From Mobula hypostoma (taxonomy: Eukaryota), in assembly GCF_963921235.1 (NCBI RefSeq), contig NC_086101.1, positions 4,652,001 through 4,716,000 on the forward strand: 64,000 nucleotides of DNA, in the 5' to 3' direction. How positions within the stretch are numbered: position 1 is the stretch's first letter; every line of letters begins with the position of its first letter. The notes under the pieces are model-generated. The model was not told where the DNA came from. It made no database searches and was given only the letters and a program-made list of their open reading frames with translations. A program made the position numbers and the translations under genes. This document shows positions 13,140 through 25,060 of this stretch, piece by piece.

Positions 13140-13324
13140 AGTACCTCCCCCGACAACCATTCCCCATTCCCTTTTCTCTCTCTCATTTTATCTCCTTGCC
13201 TATCCATCGTCTCCCTCTGGTCTCTGTCCTGGTATCAGGAATGATAGTTGACGGGTGAAAATTACTGCCGAGGAATGTGAAATGCTATAGAAAGAAAGCA
13301 AAGAGGCAATTGTAAAGGAACAGG

Positions 13325-16240
13325 AAACATAGAAACATAGAAAATAGGTGCAGGAGTAGGCCATTCAGCCCTTCCAGCCTGCACCGCCATTTATTATGAT
13401 CATGGCTGATCATCCAACTCAGAACCCGGCCCCAGCCTTCCCTCCATACCCCCTGACCCCCGTAGCCACAAGGGCCATATCTAACTCCCTCTTAAATATA
13501 GCCAGTGAACTGGCCTCAACTGTTTCCTGTGGCAGAGAATTCCACAGATTCACCACTCTCTGTGTGAAGAAGTTTTTCCTCATCTTGGTCCTAAAAGGCT
13601 TCCCCTCTATCCTCAAACTGTGACCCCTCGTTCTGGACCTCCCCAACATCGGGAACAATCTTCCTGCATCTAGCCTGTCCAATCCCTTTAGGATTTTATA
13701 CGTTTCAATCAGATCCCCCCTCAATCTTCTAAATTCCAACGAGTACAAGCCCAGTTCATCCAGTCTTTCTTCATATGAAAGTCCTGCCGTCCCAGGAATC
13801 AATCTGGTGAACCTTCTTTGTACTCCCTCTATGGCAAGGATTTCTTTCCTCAGATTAGGGGACCAAAACTGCACACAATACTCCAAGTGTGGTCTCACCA
13901 AGGCCTTGTACAACTGCAGTAGTACCTCCCTGCTCCTGTACTCGAATCCTCTGGCTATAAATGCCAGCATACCATTTGCCTTTTTCACCGCCTGCTGTAC
14001 CTGCATGCCTATTTTCAATGACTGGTGTACAATGACACCCAGGTCTTGTTGCACCTCCCCTTTTCCTAATCGGCCACCATTCAGATAATAATCTGTTTTC
14101 CGTTTTTTGCCACCAAAGTGGATAACTTCACATTTATCCACATTAAATTGCATCTGCCATGAATTTGCCCACTCACCCAACCTATCCAAGTCACTCTGCA
14201 TCCTCTTAGCATCCTCCTCACAGCTAACACTGCCACCCAGCTTCGTGTCATCCGCAAACTTGGAGATGCTGCATTTAATTCCCTCATCCAAGTCATTAAT
14301 ATATATTGTAAACAACTGGGGCCCCAGCACCTAGCCTTGCGGTACCCCACTAGTCACCGCCTGCCATTCTGAAAAGGTCTCGTTTATTCCCACTCCTTGC
14401 TTCCTGTCTGCTAACCAATTCTCCATCCACATCAATACCTTACCCCCAATACAGTGTGCTTTAAGTTTGCACACTAATCTCCTGTGTGGGACCTTGTCAA
14501 AAGCCTTTTGAAAATCCAAATATACCACATCCACTGGTTCTCCCCTATCCACTCTACTAGTTACATCCTCAAAAAATTCTATGAGATTCGTCAGACATGA
14601 TTTTCCTTTCACAAATCCATGCTGACTTTGTCCGATCATTTCACCACTTTCCAAATGTGCTGTTATCACACCTTTGATAACTGACTCCACCAGTTTCCCC
14701 ACGACCGACGTTAGGCTAACCAGTCTATAATTCCCCGGTTTCTCTCTCCCTCCTTTTTTAAAAAGAGGGGTTACATTAGCCACCCTCCAATCCTCAGGAA
14801 CTAGTCCAGAATCTAATGAGTTTTGAAAAATTATCACTACTGCATCCACTATTTCTTGGGCTACTTCCTTAAGCACTCTAGGATGCAGACCATCTGGCCC
14901 TGGGGATTTATCTGCCTTCAATCCCTTCAATTTACCTAACACCACTTCCCTACTAACATGTATTTCGCTCAGTTCCTCCATCTCACTGGACCCTCTGTCC
15001 CCTACTATTTCTGGAAGATTATTTATGTCCTCCTTAGTGAAGACAGAACCAAAGTAATTATTCAATTGTTCTGCCATGTCCTTGCTCCCCATAATCAATT
15101 CACCTGTCTGCAGGGGACCTACATTTGTCTTTACCAGTCTTTTCCTTTTTACATATCTATAAAAGCTTTTACAGTCCGTTTTTATGTTCCCTGCCAGTTT
15201 TCTCTCATAATCTTTTTTCCCCTTCCTAATTAAGCCTTTTGTCCTCCTCTGCTGAACTCTGAATTTCTCCCAGTCCTCAGGTGAGCCACTTTCTCTGGCT
15301 AACTTGTATGCTTCTTCTTTGGAATTGATACTATCCCTAATTTCTCTTGTCAGCCACGGGTGCACTACCTTCCTTGATTTATTCTTTTGCCAAACTGGGA
15401 TGAACAATTGTTGTAGTTCATCCATGCAACCTTTAAATGCTTGCCATTGCATATCCACTGTCAATCCTTTAAGTGTCATTTGCCAGTCTCTCTTAGCTAA
15501 TTCACGTCTCATACCTACAAAGTTACCCCTCTTTAAGTTCAGAACCTTTGTTTCTGAATTAACTATGTCCCTCTCCATATTAATGAAGAATTCCACCATA
15601 TTATGGTCACTCTTACCCAAGGGGCCTCTTACGACAAGATTGCTAATTAACCCTTCCTCATCGCTCAAAACCCAGTCCAGAATAGCCTGCTTTCTAGTTG
15701 GTTCCTTGACATGTTGGTTCAAAAAACCATCCCGCATACATTCCAAGAAATCCTCTTCCTCAGCACCTTTACCAATTTGGTTCACCCAATCTACATGTAG
15801 ATTGAAGTCACCCATTATAACTGCTGTTCATTTATTGCACACATTTCTAATTTCCTGTTTAATACCATATCCGACCTCACTACTACTGTTTAGGTGGCCT
15901 GTACACAACTCCCACCAGCGTCTTCTGCCCGTTAGTGTTACGCAGCTCTACCCATATCGATTCCACATCTTCCCGGTTTATGTCCTTCCTTTCTATTGCG
16001 TTAATCTCTTCTTTAACCAGCAACGCCACCCCACCTCCCCTTCCTTCATGTCTATCCCTCCTGAATATTGAATATCCCTGAACGTTGAGCTCCCATCCTT
16101 GGTCACCCTGGAGCCATGTCTCTGTGATCCCAACTATATCATAATCATTAATAACAATCTGCACTTTCAATTCATCCACCTTGTTACGAATGTTCCTTGC
16201 ATTGACACACAAAGCCTTCAGGCGCTCTTTTACAACTCTC
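13325..16240 (-). mobile_element. Young CR1 LINE with nearly complete ORF2 (APE endonuclease + RT)
   Basis: ORFs 15883-16212, 14331-15815 and 13419-14330 join via one frameshift and one stop. YLDFQKAFDKVPH, SGVPQG, KFADDTKLGG. (ctatgttt)n tail. Confidence 0.95.
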
Positions 16241-16299
16241 TTAGCCCTTATACAATTACGTTGAAAAGTGGAATAGCGAGAGCAGGGGAGGAGGGGTAT

Positions 16300-17020
16300 G
16301 TGCTCAATCTGTTGAATGTGAATAATAACTTAGTACAGAGCTCTTTTCATGCAGATAAAGTGCTTTACAATGGGATAAAGTGCAAACATGAAAATAAAAG
16401 ACAAAAAGAGGTCTGTTAAAAGTAAGTTTAAACATATAGGTTTTGAGCTGGTGTTTAGAGTCTACATCCCTTATTGCTTTCGGTATTGAATTCCATTGTT
16501 TAGGAGCATAGTTTAAAAAAGTTGACCTGCCAATTAAACTTTGAGGGAGATTGTTTAAATTTAAGACCTGAGAACTCGAGTAGGATTATAAAACAATAGC
16601 GATTCTGTGATGTACTCCAGTCCCAGATCCTTGAGAGTAAAAGAACTTTAAAATCAATTCTACAATTTACAGGAAGCTAAAGCAGACTAGTTAAGATGGG
16701 AGTGATATGTTCCCTCATTCTGGTTTTGGTTAAAAGTCTAGGAGTGGCATTCCAAATGAGTTGAAATTTGTCAACAGATCGTTTTGACAGGTCAGGAAAA
16801 AGTGCATTGCAGTAATCTGATCTATTCTGTATAAAGGTGTGAAATAGTTTTCTGCATTATTATGAGACAGAAACAAATATACCTTTGAAATGTTTCTTAA
16901 GTGTAGAAATGCTGCTCTGGGCATGTGGAATTTAAAATTCAAGTGTGAATCAAAGATAACACCCAGGCTTGTTACTTCTGATTTTTCAAGGGGAGACAAA
17001 TTCCCAAGTTTATCCAATCA
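16300..17020 (-). mobile_element. Old L2-clade LINE 3' fragment
   Basis: SLGVIFDSHLNFKFH..RAAFLHLRNISKV. tgtaaagcacttt..attatt L2-like tail. Confidence 0.65.
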
Positions 17021-17979
17021 CAAACAAGAGAAAACTGCAGATGCTGGAAATCTCAAAACGAGGTATCAACACATGAAGTCAAATCTGAGTTCTAAAAAGC
17101 TCAAGTTTTATTTTGCCACATGTCATATAGCTGGCACCCATACAACTTTTGATTGTTCAGAACGCTGTCTACACTGGGGTTGTTTGCTTTGAAAGTCAGA
17201 TCTGGGCATGGCGTTAATTTTATGTACTGCCAGTTGGTGTTGTTATGCAGCCTTTCCTGCAAACTTCATCCTGGTTTCAATACGTCCTATCCTGAGGTAG
17301 ACACAGCTAAACCCAGTTTCAAACCTGATGCTCATTCTCAAAAGTGTTAAGGAAAATAAAGATGAGCTTTATTTGTCACATGTGCATCATTCACGTCAAA
17401 TTAAATCAGCAAGGATTGTGCTGGGCTACCAGCAAGTGTCGTCACGTTTCCAGCATCAACATAACATGCCGTAACGCACTAACGCTAACCTTCAAACCTT
17501 CGGAACTGGGAGGAAACCAGAGCCTCTGGAGGAAAGCCATATTGTCACAGGGAGAACACGCAAACCTCTTACAGACTGCAGCGGGAACTGGTACCCACAC
17601 TGCACTGACCACTACACCATCACGCTGCCTTCCGCGTTGTCGGATAGTTACGAGTTGAAATATCGTCAGCAGTTAACACATTAGTTCAGAGCAAACAAAA
17701 TGAACAGGGAAAGTTAAAGCTGAAAGTGAAGACTAAATAGTGACGCAACACACATCAAAGTTGCTGGTGAACGCAGCAGGCCAGGCAGCATCTATAGGAC
17801 GAGGTACAGTCGACGTTTGGTTTTGGTTTCCATTGCGATAGGATGCAGAGCTGGCCTGAGGAATGGAAGATGGCGTTCAATTCAGAAAAAAAAATGAAGT
17901 GATTCACTTTAGAAAGTCAAACATGAAGACAGAGTAAGGGTTAATCTCAAGATTCTTAGCGGTGTGGAGGAACAGAGGG

Positions 17980-18614
17980 TGTGGGAGGAGAAGATGGCGG
18001 CGCGACGCAGCGCACGCAGCCCTCCGATGAAATGATATCGTATTTGTTAAATAGGGGCCGTGCACAATTCTGATTTGATGGAGATGGACATGAGAAGCAC
18101 AGAGGATCATCTGGAGAAATTTCTGAAATGCCTGTTTCGCTGCCGCTGTTACTGCGCGATCCAGAATCTCCGGAGGGAAGGCCCCAAAATCCCCGGCTTT
18201 GCCTGCTGCTGGCGATCGAGGCTGAGGTCGAAGCGTTCGGACAGAGATGGCGCTCGGTACTCAGTGTCGGAGGGCTGATCGGAGGCTCGAAGTTTTCGGA
18301 CGACTCAGAGTCAGACTGTGGTCGGGCATGGCAGGGAGAGTTTTCTTCCTTCTCCCATCTGCGTGAGATGTGGGACTTTCGAGAGACTTTGAACTTTTTT
18401 ACTGTGCCCATGGCCTGTTCTACATCAAGTTATGGTATTGTTGCACTGTTGTAACTATATGTTATAATTATGTGGTTTTAGTTAGTTTTTCAGTCTTGGT
18501 CTGTCCTGTGTTTCTGTGATATCACACTGGAGGAATATTGTATCATTTCTTAATGCATGCATTACTAAATGACAATAAAAGAGGTCTGCGTGTCCTCATA
18601 ATCTAATCTAATCT
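17980..18614 (+). mobile_element. Non-autonomous (AATCT)n-tailed element, copy 4, inserted in a CR1 fragment (about 17830-19265)
   Basis: Begins tgtgggaggagaagatggcggcgcg. Splits the CR1 sequence cagaggg|atcttgggg. Confidence 0.85.
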
Positions 18615-20255
18615 TGGGGCCCACGTCCACAGATCCCTCAAAGTCGCCACGGCTAAGAATCCGTACGGTGTATTGGCCTTCGTTAGTCAGGGGATTGAAT
18701 TCAAGAGCCATGAGGTAATACTGCAGCTCTACAAAACCCTGGTCAGACCACACTTGGAATATTGTTCAGCTCTGGTCGTCTCATTGTAGGATGTGGAAGC
18801 TTAAGAGAGGGTGCAGAGGAGATTTACCAGGCCGCTGTCTGGATTAGAGAGCAGTTCCTATGAGGAAAGGTAGAGCGAGCTATGGTTTTTCTCTTCGGAG
18901 AGAAGGAGGATGAGAAGTGGCTTGATAGAGGTGTACAAAATGTTAAGGGGCCCAGCCAGAGGGACAACCAGCGACTTTTGCCTAGGGCAGAAATGGCTAA
19001 CAGGAGGGGCTCATAATTTTAAAGTGATTGGAGAAAAGTCTAGGGATGCTGTTTTTTTAATGCAGAGTTGTGGGTGGAACACGCTGCCAGGGGTGGTGGT
19101 AGAGGAAAATACATCAGGGCCATTTAAGAAATTCTTAAAATCTCTCTAATTAAGACTTTTATAGAAATAGATACATAGATGAAAGAAAATGTGCGGGGAA
19201 GTTAGATTGTTGTCAGAGTGCAGAGCATGGCGGATAGAAGGCCCTGTTGTGTGACTGTAATGTCCTGTGATCTTTGACCCGGGATGTCCCACAAAGCTCT
19301 GGCTGGAAGATTTCTCACTGCTCCGGCGAACCACGGAGTTGGCTGCCCCGCAGGTGTGCTGGGTCACCGCTGTAACGTCGGCGCGAGTTCTGCTCCGGGA
19401 CGGTTCAGGGCCCGGAATGGGAGAGTTAACGCTGCGTGCCAACCCCTTTGGTTCCTGCGGCGCGGTGCTCAGGGAACTGGGAGAGGTGACAGCACGAACC
19501 CCGTTTGACCGATCCCTGTTACGTGAGATTGTCTCGCTGAAAGTGAAGCCGAGGGGATGTGAGGTCAGGAGACTAACGTTAACGTTAGCATTCAATAGTT
19601 ACGGTCACAGCCTGGCCGCGCTATGGTTATGACTTCCTCTATTACGCCGTTTCAGTCTGCACCCGCCCCTGCCCGCTTTCTCTCTCTCTATCTTTTATTC
19701 TTTAATTTTACCCATTCATCCCTCAGGTCTCTCTCTCACTCGCGCTCTCTTTACCTATCCATCTTCCTTTCTCACTCTATATTGTCTCTCTCTCTCTCTC
19801 TCCGTTTTTGCCTGTCTTTCTCCATCACGAAGATTATGGATGAACTTCTTTGGTTAGACGTACAGTACATCAAAACGTGGCAGCGAAATGCGCCTTTTCG
19901 CGTCAACCACCAACACAGTCGTCAACGGTCTCGCAGGGGTCGCCACGCTTCCGGAGCCAACAACTTGCCCACAGTTCATTAACCGTAACATGGAGACTAG
20001 AAGCTGGAGCACCCGGACCAATCCCACACGGTCATTGAGACACGTACGAACTCCTTACGGAACTGAACCCCGGTCTTACGGCCAGCACTGTAAACCGTGC
20101 CCCTAGCCGCTCCCGCCCGAGAACTCCGCAGTGGTTATGCCTAGTTTCGACCCAGGGATTTTTCGCGGTGACCACTTCACTGCAGAAACGCGGTCCAATC
20201 ACTTATACACTTGCCGAGTGTTGCTGTCTTGGATTGAGCTCCAAGCAGGAGAGAC

Positions 20256-20513
20256 CTTGTAGATCTCCACCGCCTCGCTGATGAGCATGAAGTTGTGCGC
20301 CTTGTGGCTCCGGCCGTCGCGCCGGTCCAGGCACATCACGCAGATGACCTTCTTGTCCGTCTCGCAGAACAGTTTCAGCTCCTCTTCGTGGTCAGTGCAG
20401 TAAGGCCTGTTGCTCTTGACTTTCATGCTGAGGGAGACATTCCGGGTCTTCTTCACCAGCTTGCTCAGGGCTCGGTTGGAGTTCGGGCTCCAGTCCCGGA
20501 AGATCTGGACGCG
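20256..20513 (-). pseudogene. Duplicated TRIM linker + B-box2 segment in TRIM-A intron 1 (relic paralog exon or alternative exon)
   Basis: Open frame RVQIFRDWSPNSNRALSKLVKKTRN...CTDHEEELKLFCETDKKVICVMCLDRRDGRSHKAHNFMLISEAVEIYK|gtctct. No RING; a CR1 fragment lies immediately upstream. Confidence 0.8.
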
Positions 20514-20519
20514 CTATGT

Positions 20520-20810
20520 GCTCCGCGCCACGACCAGAACTGAACACAATATTCCTACTGTGGTCTAACCAGGGTTTTATAGAGCCACAACATTACCTCA
20601 CGGCTCTTGCACTCGTCCTCCGACTAATGAAGGCCGATATCCTATAGGCTTCCTTAACCACCCGAACACCTTTGAGGGATCTAAGGGCGTATAACCGCAC
20701 CCTCTGTTCCTCCAACCTGCCCAGAATCCTGCCTTAACACTTCAAATTCCACCTTCCAATGTACGTCTCTCAATTCTTCTCCAGCCAGAACTCCGTCTGC
20801 CACTTCTCAG
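20520..20810 (-). mobile_element. Degenerate CR1 fragment between TRIM-A exon 1 and the duplicated B-box
   Basis: Reverse complement of CR1 ORF2 3' motifs (AEKWQTEF, ...LYKTLVRP). Confidence 0.65.
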
Positions 20811-20868
20811 CCCCATGTCCCGTCGTAACCTACGGCAACCCGCACCAGCAACCTCCGAGTCGCCTTAC

Positions 20869-21297
20869 CTTGTAGATCTCCACCGCCTCGTTGATGAGCA
20901 TGAAGTTGTGCGCCTTGTGGCTCCGGCCGTCGCGCCGGTCCAGGCACATCACGCAGATGAGCTTCTTGTCCGTCTCGCAGAACAGTTTCAGCTCCTCCTG
21001 GTGCTCCTCGCAGAAGGGGTTGAAAGGCTTGTTGGGGTCCGCCGGCTCCCTGGTGTTGAGGTTGCGGATCTTGTTGGAGAGCACGCCCAGCGCACGGTTG
21101 GCCTTGAGGCTCTTGTCGCGGAAGACCTCGCCGCACTCGGGGCAGAAGGCTTTCTTCTCCCTCTCCCAGCACTGCAGGATGCACTGCCGGCAGAAGTCGT
21201 GGCCGCACTCCAGCATCACCGGGTCGATGAAGATGTCGAGGCATATCGGGCAGTTCAGCTCATCCCCTAAGCTCAGGCTGGAGGAGCCCGCGGCCAT
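20869..21297 (-). CDS. TRIM-A (TRIM39/TRIM69/Xnf7/A33-like RBCC protein) coding exon 1: RING (C3HC4) + B-box2
   Basis: ATG at 21297 in good Kozak context (agaATGG). Translation MAAGSSSLSLGDELNCPICLDIFIDPVMLECGHDFCRQC...CPEC...CEEHQEELKLFCETDKKLICVMCLDRRDGRSHKAHNF...IYK. Ends AAG|GTAAGG donor, 429 bp, phase 0. Lies in a CpG island. Confidence 0.93.
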
Positions 21298-22235
21298 TCT
21301 CGGCTCCGGCCGCGCCCGGCGCAAGCTGTGGCCGCCGCTCCTGTTGCTCGGGTCTCAGCGCCTTCCCCCGCACTGACGCCGAGGCGCACAGAGCCGCGCC
21401 TGGTCACTCCGCAAGGCTTCCTGCCTATCGCGGGATTTCCGCGCAAACACCGGAGAAGCGAGACGACTTTCGGACTCCCAGGAACAACCGAACCATTCCG
21501 CTCTCTGCCGTTCGCGGAGAGATGGGGGGGGGGGTGGGGGGAGAGTTGTTCGCTGGAAAGCACAAGCTGGGGCTGCCCACACCGTCCCACAACAGGACAC
21601 AGCCTTACAGAGTTAGAATCCGCCTGCGAGAATTACACCCAGCCAGAAGTGTGGACTGAGTTTCGACGCGTTCACAGGTCACCCCTGCCCCCTCCCCCAC
21701 TGGACACTCCCAACTATCATTTCGCAAAGAGTTAGAAACTGCTATCGTGCCAGACCAAAGGCTTGGACCCTCCTATAGACGCTTGACAAGCTGGGATGAA
21801 CGTCAAGACGTTTGGCACGGAGGATAGGAAAATGATGCAAATTCGGCCAGCTCCGTCACGGGAACTGGCCTCCCCAGCATCGAGAACAGCTTCAAAAGGC
21901 TTTACTTCAAAAAAGTGGCGTCCATCATTAAGGACCCCCACCACCCAGGACAGGCCCTCTTCTCCGTAGGATCCAAGACATCATCCGGGAGCAGTGCCAT
22001 CGGAAGGCGCCGTCCATTATTATAGACCCCCAGCACCCAGGCCGCGCCCTCTTCTCACTGTTACCATCGGGAAAGAGGTACAAAAGTCTGAAGGCACACT
22101 CAACATTTCAGGAACAGCTTCCTCCCCTCTGCCATCCGATTCCCAAATGGACATTCAACCCATGAACACTACCCCACTTTTTAAATTCTGTTATTTTGCA
22201 CGACTTATTTTAAATGAACTATTTAATAGACAGGA

Positions 22236-24280
22236 AAGGTTAAAAGTTTGAGAGAGCCATGGTTTTCAAGGGATACAGGTATAGGAATCTTGGTTCGGAA
22301 AAAGAGACATATCTACAATAAATATAGGCAGCTTGGAGTAAATGAGGTGCTCGAGGAATATAAAGAATGTAAAAAGAATCTTAAGAAAGAAATTAGAAAA
22401 GCTAAAAGAAGATATGAGGTTGCTTTGGCAAGTAAAGTGAAAATAAATCCAACAGGTTTCTACAGTTATATTAATAGCAAAAGGATAGTGAGGGATAAAA
22501 TTGGTCCCTTAGAGAATCAGAGTGGACGGCTATGTGCGGAGCCAAAAGAGATGGGGGAGATTTTGAACAATTTCTTTTCTTCGGTATTCTCTAAGGAGAA
22601 GGATATTGAATTGTGTAAGGTAAAGCAAACAAGAAGGGTAGTTATGGAAAGTATGACGATTAAAGAAGAGGAAGTACTGGAGCTTTTAAGGAATATAAAA
22701 GTGGATAGGTCCCTGGGTCCGGACTAGATATTCCCTAGGACCTTGAGGGAAGTTAGTGTGGAAATAGCAGGGGCTCTGACAGAAATATTTCAAATGTCAT
22801 TAGAAACGTGGATTGTGCTGGAGGATTGGCGTATTGCTCATATTGTTCCACTGTTTAAAAAGGGTTCTAAGAGTAAACCTAGCAATTATCGGCCTGTGAG
22901 TTTGACGTCAGTGTTGGGTAAATTGATGGAAAGTATTCTTAGAGATGGTATATATAATTATCTGGATAGACAGGGTCTGATTAGGAACAGTCAACATGGA
23001 TTTGTGCGTGGAAGGTTATGTTTGACAAATCTTGTTGAATTTTTTGAGGAGGTTACCAGGAAAGTTGACGAGGGTAAAGCGGGGGATGTTGTCTATATGG
23101 ACTTCAGTAAGGTCTTTGACAAGGTTCCACACGGAAGGTTAGTTAGGAAGGTTCAATCGTTAGGTATTAATATTGAAGTAGTAAAATGGATTCAGCAGTG
23201 GCTGGATGGGAGACGCCAGACAGTAGTGGTGGATAACTGTTTGTCAGGTTGGAGGACGGTGTGTAGCGGACTGCCTCAGGGATCTGTACTGGGTCCAATG
23301 TTGTTTGTCATACATATTAATGATTTGGATGCTGGGGTGGTAAATTGGATTAGTAAGTATGCAGATGATACTAAGATAGGTGGCGTTGTGGATAATGAAG
23401 TAGGTTTTCAAAGCTTACAGAGAGATTTGGGCCAGTTAGAAGAGTGGGCTGAAAGATGGCAGATGGAGTTCAATGCTGAAAAATGTGAGGTACTACATTT
23501 TGGTAGGACTAATCAAAATAGGACATACATGGTAAATGGTAGGGCATTGGAGAATGCAGTAGAACAGAGGGATCTAGGAATAATGGTGCATAGTTCCCTG
23601 AAGGTGGAATCTCATGTGGATGGGGTGGTGAAGAAAGCTTTTGGTATGCTGGCCTTTATTAATCAGAGCATTGAGTATAGGAGTTGGATGTAGTGTTGAA
23701 ATTGTATAAGGCATTGGTAAGGCCAAATTTGGAGTATTGTGTACAGTTCTGGTCACCGAATTATAGGAAAGATGTCAATAAAATAGAGAGAGTACAGAGG
23801 AGATTTACTAAAATGTTGCCTGGGTTTCATCTCCTAAATTACAGAGAAAGGTTGAACAAGTTGGGTCTTTATTCTTTGGAGCGTAGAAGGTTGAGGGGGG
23901 ACTTGATAGAGGTGTTTAAAATTATGAGTGGGATTGATAGAGTTGACGTGGATAGGCTTTTTCCATTGAGAGTGGGGAAGATTCAAACAAGAGGAAATGA
24001 GTTGAGAGTTAAAGGGCAAAAGTTTAGGGGTAACATGAGGGGGAACTTCTTTACTCAGAGAGTGGTAGCTGTGTGGAACGAGCTTCCAGCAGAAGTGGTT
24101 GAGACAGGTTCGATGTTGTCGTTTAAAGTTAAATTGGATAGATATATGGACAGGAAAGGAATGGAGGGTTATGGGCTGAGTGCAGGTCAGTGGGACTAGG
24201 TGAGAGTAAGCGTTCGGCACGGACTAGAAGGGCCAAGATGGCCTGTTTCCGTGCTGTAATTTTTATATGGTTATGCGGTT
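22236..24280 (+). mobile_element. 5'-truncated CR1 LINE (RT domain)
   Basis: YMDFSKVFDKVPH, KYADDTKIGG, RVVAVWNELP. (atatggtt)n tail. Confidence 0.95.
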
Positions 24281-24433
24281 ACATACATACTTACTGTAAC
24301 TCAGTTTTTTCTCTATATTTATTTATCACATATTTCGTTGTACTGCTGCCGTAAAGTTAACAAATTTCATGACGTATGCCGGTGATATTAAATCTGATTC
24401 TGATTCTTTTAAAGGAGGAGATACAGGAGGCTG

Positions 24434-24473
<40 letters not shown>

Positions 24474-24646
24474 CTTTAGTAACAGTGTCTTCCTCTCCAC
24501 CATCAGATCTCTGAACAGACAATGAACCCATGAACTCATTTTTGCTCGCAAACATGAGGAATTCTGCAGATGCTGGAAATTCAAGCAACACACATCAAAG
24601 TTGCTGGTGAATGCAGCAGGCCAGGCAGCATCTCTAGGAAGAGGTA

Positions 24647-24684
24647 CAGTCGACGTTTCGGGCTGAGACCCTTCGTCAGGACTG
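24647..24684 (-). ncRNA. Minimal type-I hammerhead ribozyme motif in a Penelope pLTR
   Basis: Minus-strand RNA CAGUC-CUGACGA-A-GGGUCUCAGCCC-GAAAC-GUC^GACUG: intact core, stem I CAGUC/GACUG, palindromic ACGU stem III. Confidence 0.7.
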
Positions 24685-25060
24685 ACTGAAGGAAGAGCGA
24701 GTAAGAGATTTTTGCTCTCTTTTTACATCATTTATTTAATTCCATTTAAAAATATATTTCCTGTTGTAATTTATGGAAAAAAGTATAGTCGATGTTTTGG
24801 GCTGAAACCCTTTGGCAGGTTTTTGGCCAAAACATCGACTGTGCTGTTTTCCATATGCTGCCTGGCCTGCTGAGTTCCTCCAGCATTTTGTGTGTGTTGC
24901 TTCGATTTCCAGCATCTGCAGATTTCCTCTTGCTTGTTCTTATTGTAGTTTATAGTTTTTATGTGCTGTGATGTAACTCTGCCGCAAAACAACAAATTTC
25001 ACGACATATGTCAGTGATATTAAACCTGATCTGATTCCTAATGGAGTTAGATGCTCTAAT

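Larger units (their letters stand above)
19260..21700. promoter_or_regulatory. CpG island over the TRIM-A promoter/exon 1
   Basis: High GC and abundant CpG relative to the CpG-depleted TE background. Confidence 0.7.

Noticed and set aside
13419..15815. RT/endonuclease ORFs as host genes or an active element
   Set aside because: CR1 ORF2 with a premature stop (14331-14333) and a frameshift, and no ORF1. The same applies to the RT ORFs at 22248-24199 and 36840-39641.
19146..20110. ORFs in the CpG-rich part of TRIM-A intron 1
   Set aside because: No recognisable domains. Open frames are expected in GC-rich CpG-island sequence.
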